Under the pieces are notes generated by a model, which was given only the letters and a program-made list of their open reading frames with translations, was not told the origin of the DNA and ran no database searches. From contig DASPLK010000002.1 in NCBI GenBank assembly GCA_035627595.1, positions 224,481-288,480 on the forward strand: a stretch of 64,000 bases of DNA. Direction: 5' to 3'. Positions 63,807-64,000 of the stretch are shown piece by piece. The translations under genes were made by a program, and so were the position numbers. The stretch comes from Minisyncoccota bacterium (lineage in GTDB: Bacteria > Patescibacteriota > Minisyncoccia > Phycocordibacterales > Phycocordibacteraceae). Positions within the stretch are counted from its first letter, which is position 1. The number at the start of each line of letters is the position of its first letter.

Positions 63807-64000
63807 TGAGTATCAGATCGTTCGTTCGCTCCATCCAACGGCGTCTTGATCCGTATGCTCCACTTATAGAGGTGGAGGTGAGCCGTTCAGCACTTATCCA
63901 TAACCTGCACGCATTTCAGAAGCAGCATCCAAAGCTCAGCTTCGCTCCAGTTCTGAAAAGTAATGCATACGGACATGGGCTCGCCCTAGTCGCACACATA
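63806..64000 (+). CDS. alr: Alanine racemase (5' part; runs off window end)
   Basis: Manual translation MSIRSF...EVSRSALIHNL...APVLKSNAYGHG contains the PLP-lysine motif. Confidence 0.88.
   Translation, partial: MSIRSFVRSIQRRLDPYAPLIEVEVSRSALIHNLHAFQKQHPKLSFAPVLKSNAYGHGLALVAHI

Noticed and set aside
1-64000. Alternative genetic code (UGA recoding, as in some CPR lineages)
   Set aside because: Conserved genes are full length under code 11, and several end in TGA at the expected positions (lexA, serS).

Overview
A gene-dense bacterial chromosome segment using standard genetic code 11. Gene content and layout suggest a Patescibacteria/CPR (Parcubacteria-like) genome; this is an inference from the short DnaX and IF-2, T4SS-pilin-like and DUF5667-like proteins, a stand-alone VirD4/TraD-like ATPase and sparse metabolism. 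Housekeeping genes include uvrA (partial), uvrB, tgt, dnaX, dus, serS, dprA, topA, a rel/spoT homologue, parB, miaA, rpmG, clpB, an iscS-like gene, infB, rbfA, alr (partial) and five tRNAs (Gln, Leu, Trp, Cys, Leu). Accessory loci include a LexA-DinB-exonuclease/Cho cassette with a palindromic operator, an ECF sigma/anti-sigma operon, and a glycoside hydrolase-PGI/PMI-ROK sugar cluster. The best candidate for a novel system is a four-gene cassette at 53115-56214. Two paralogous T4SS-pilin-like proteins share an N-terminal ~165 aa but carry different C-terminal cell-wall-hydrolase-like domains (lysozyme-like versus M15-like Zn peptidase), and they flank two paralogous membrane-anchored partners, resembling a polymorphic toxin system. 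Other notable signals: most core genes look leaderless (a TANNNT box 6-9 nt before the start codon), while a separate class of orphan genes carries SD sites and hairpins; there is also a candidate ~200-nt structured RNA at 37.7 kb and a protein with three HTH-like domains. I saw no CRISPR array, rRNA, transposase, integrase or reverse transcriptase. All assignments come from reading motifs by eye; no database search was run.
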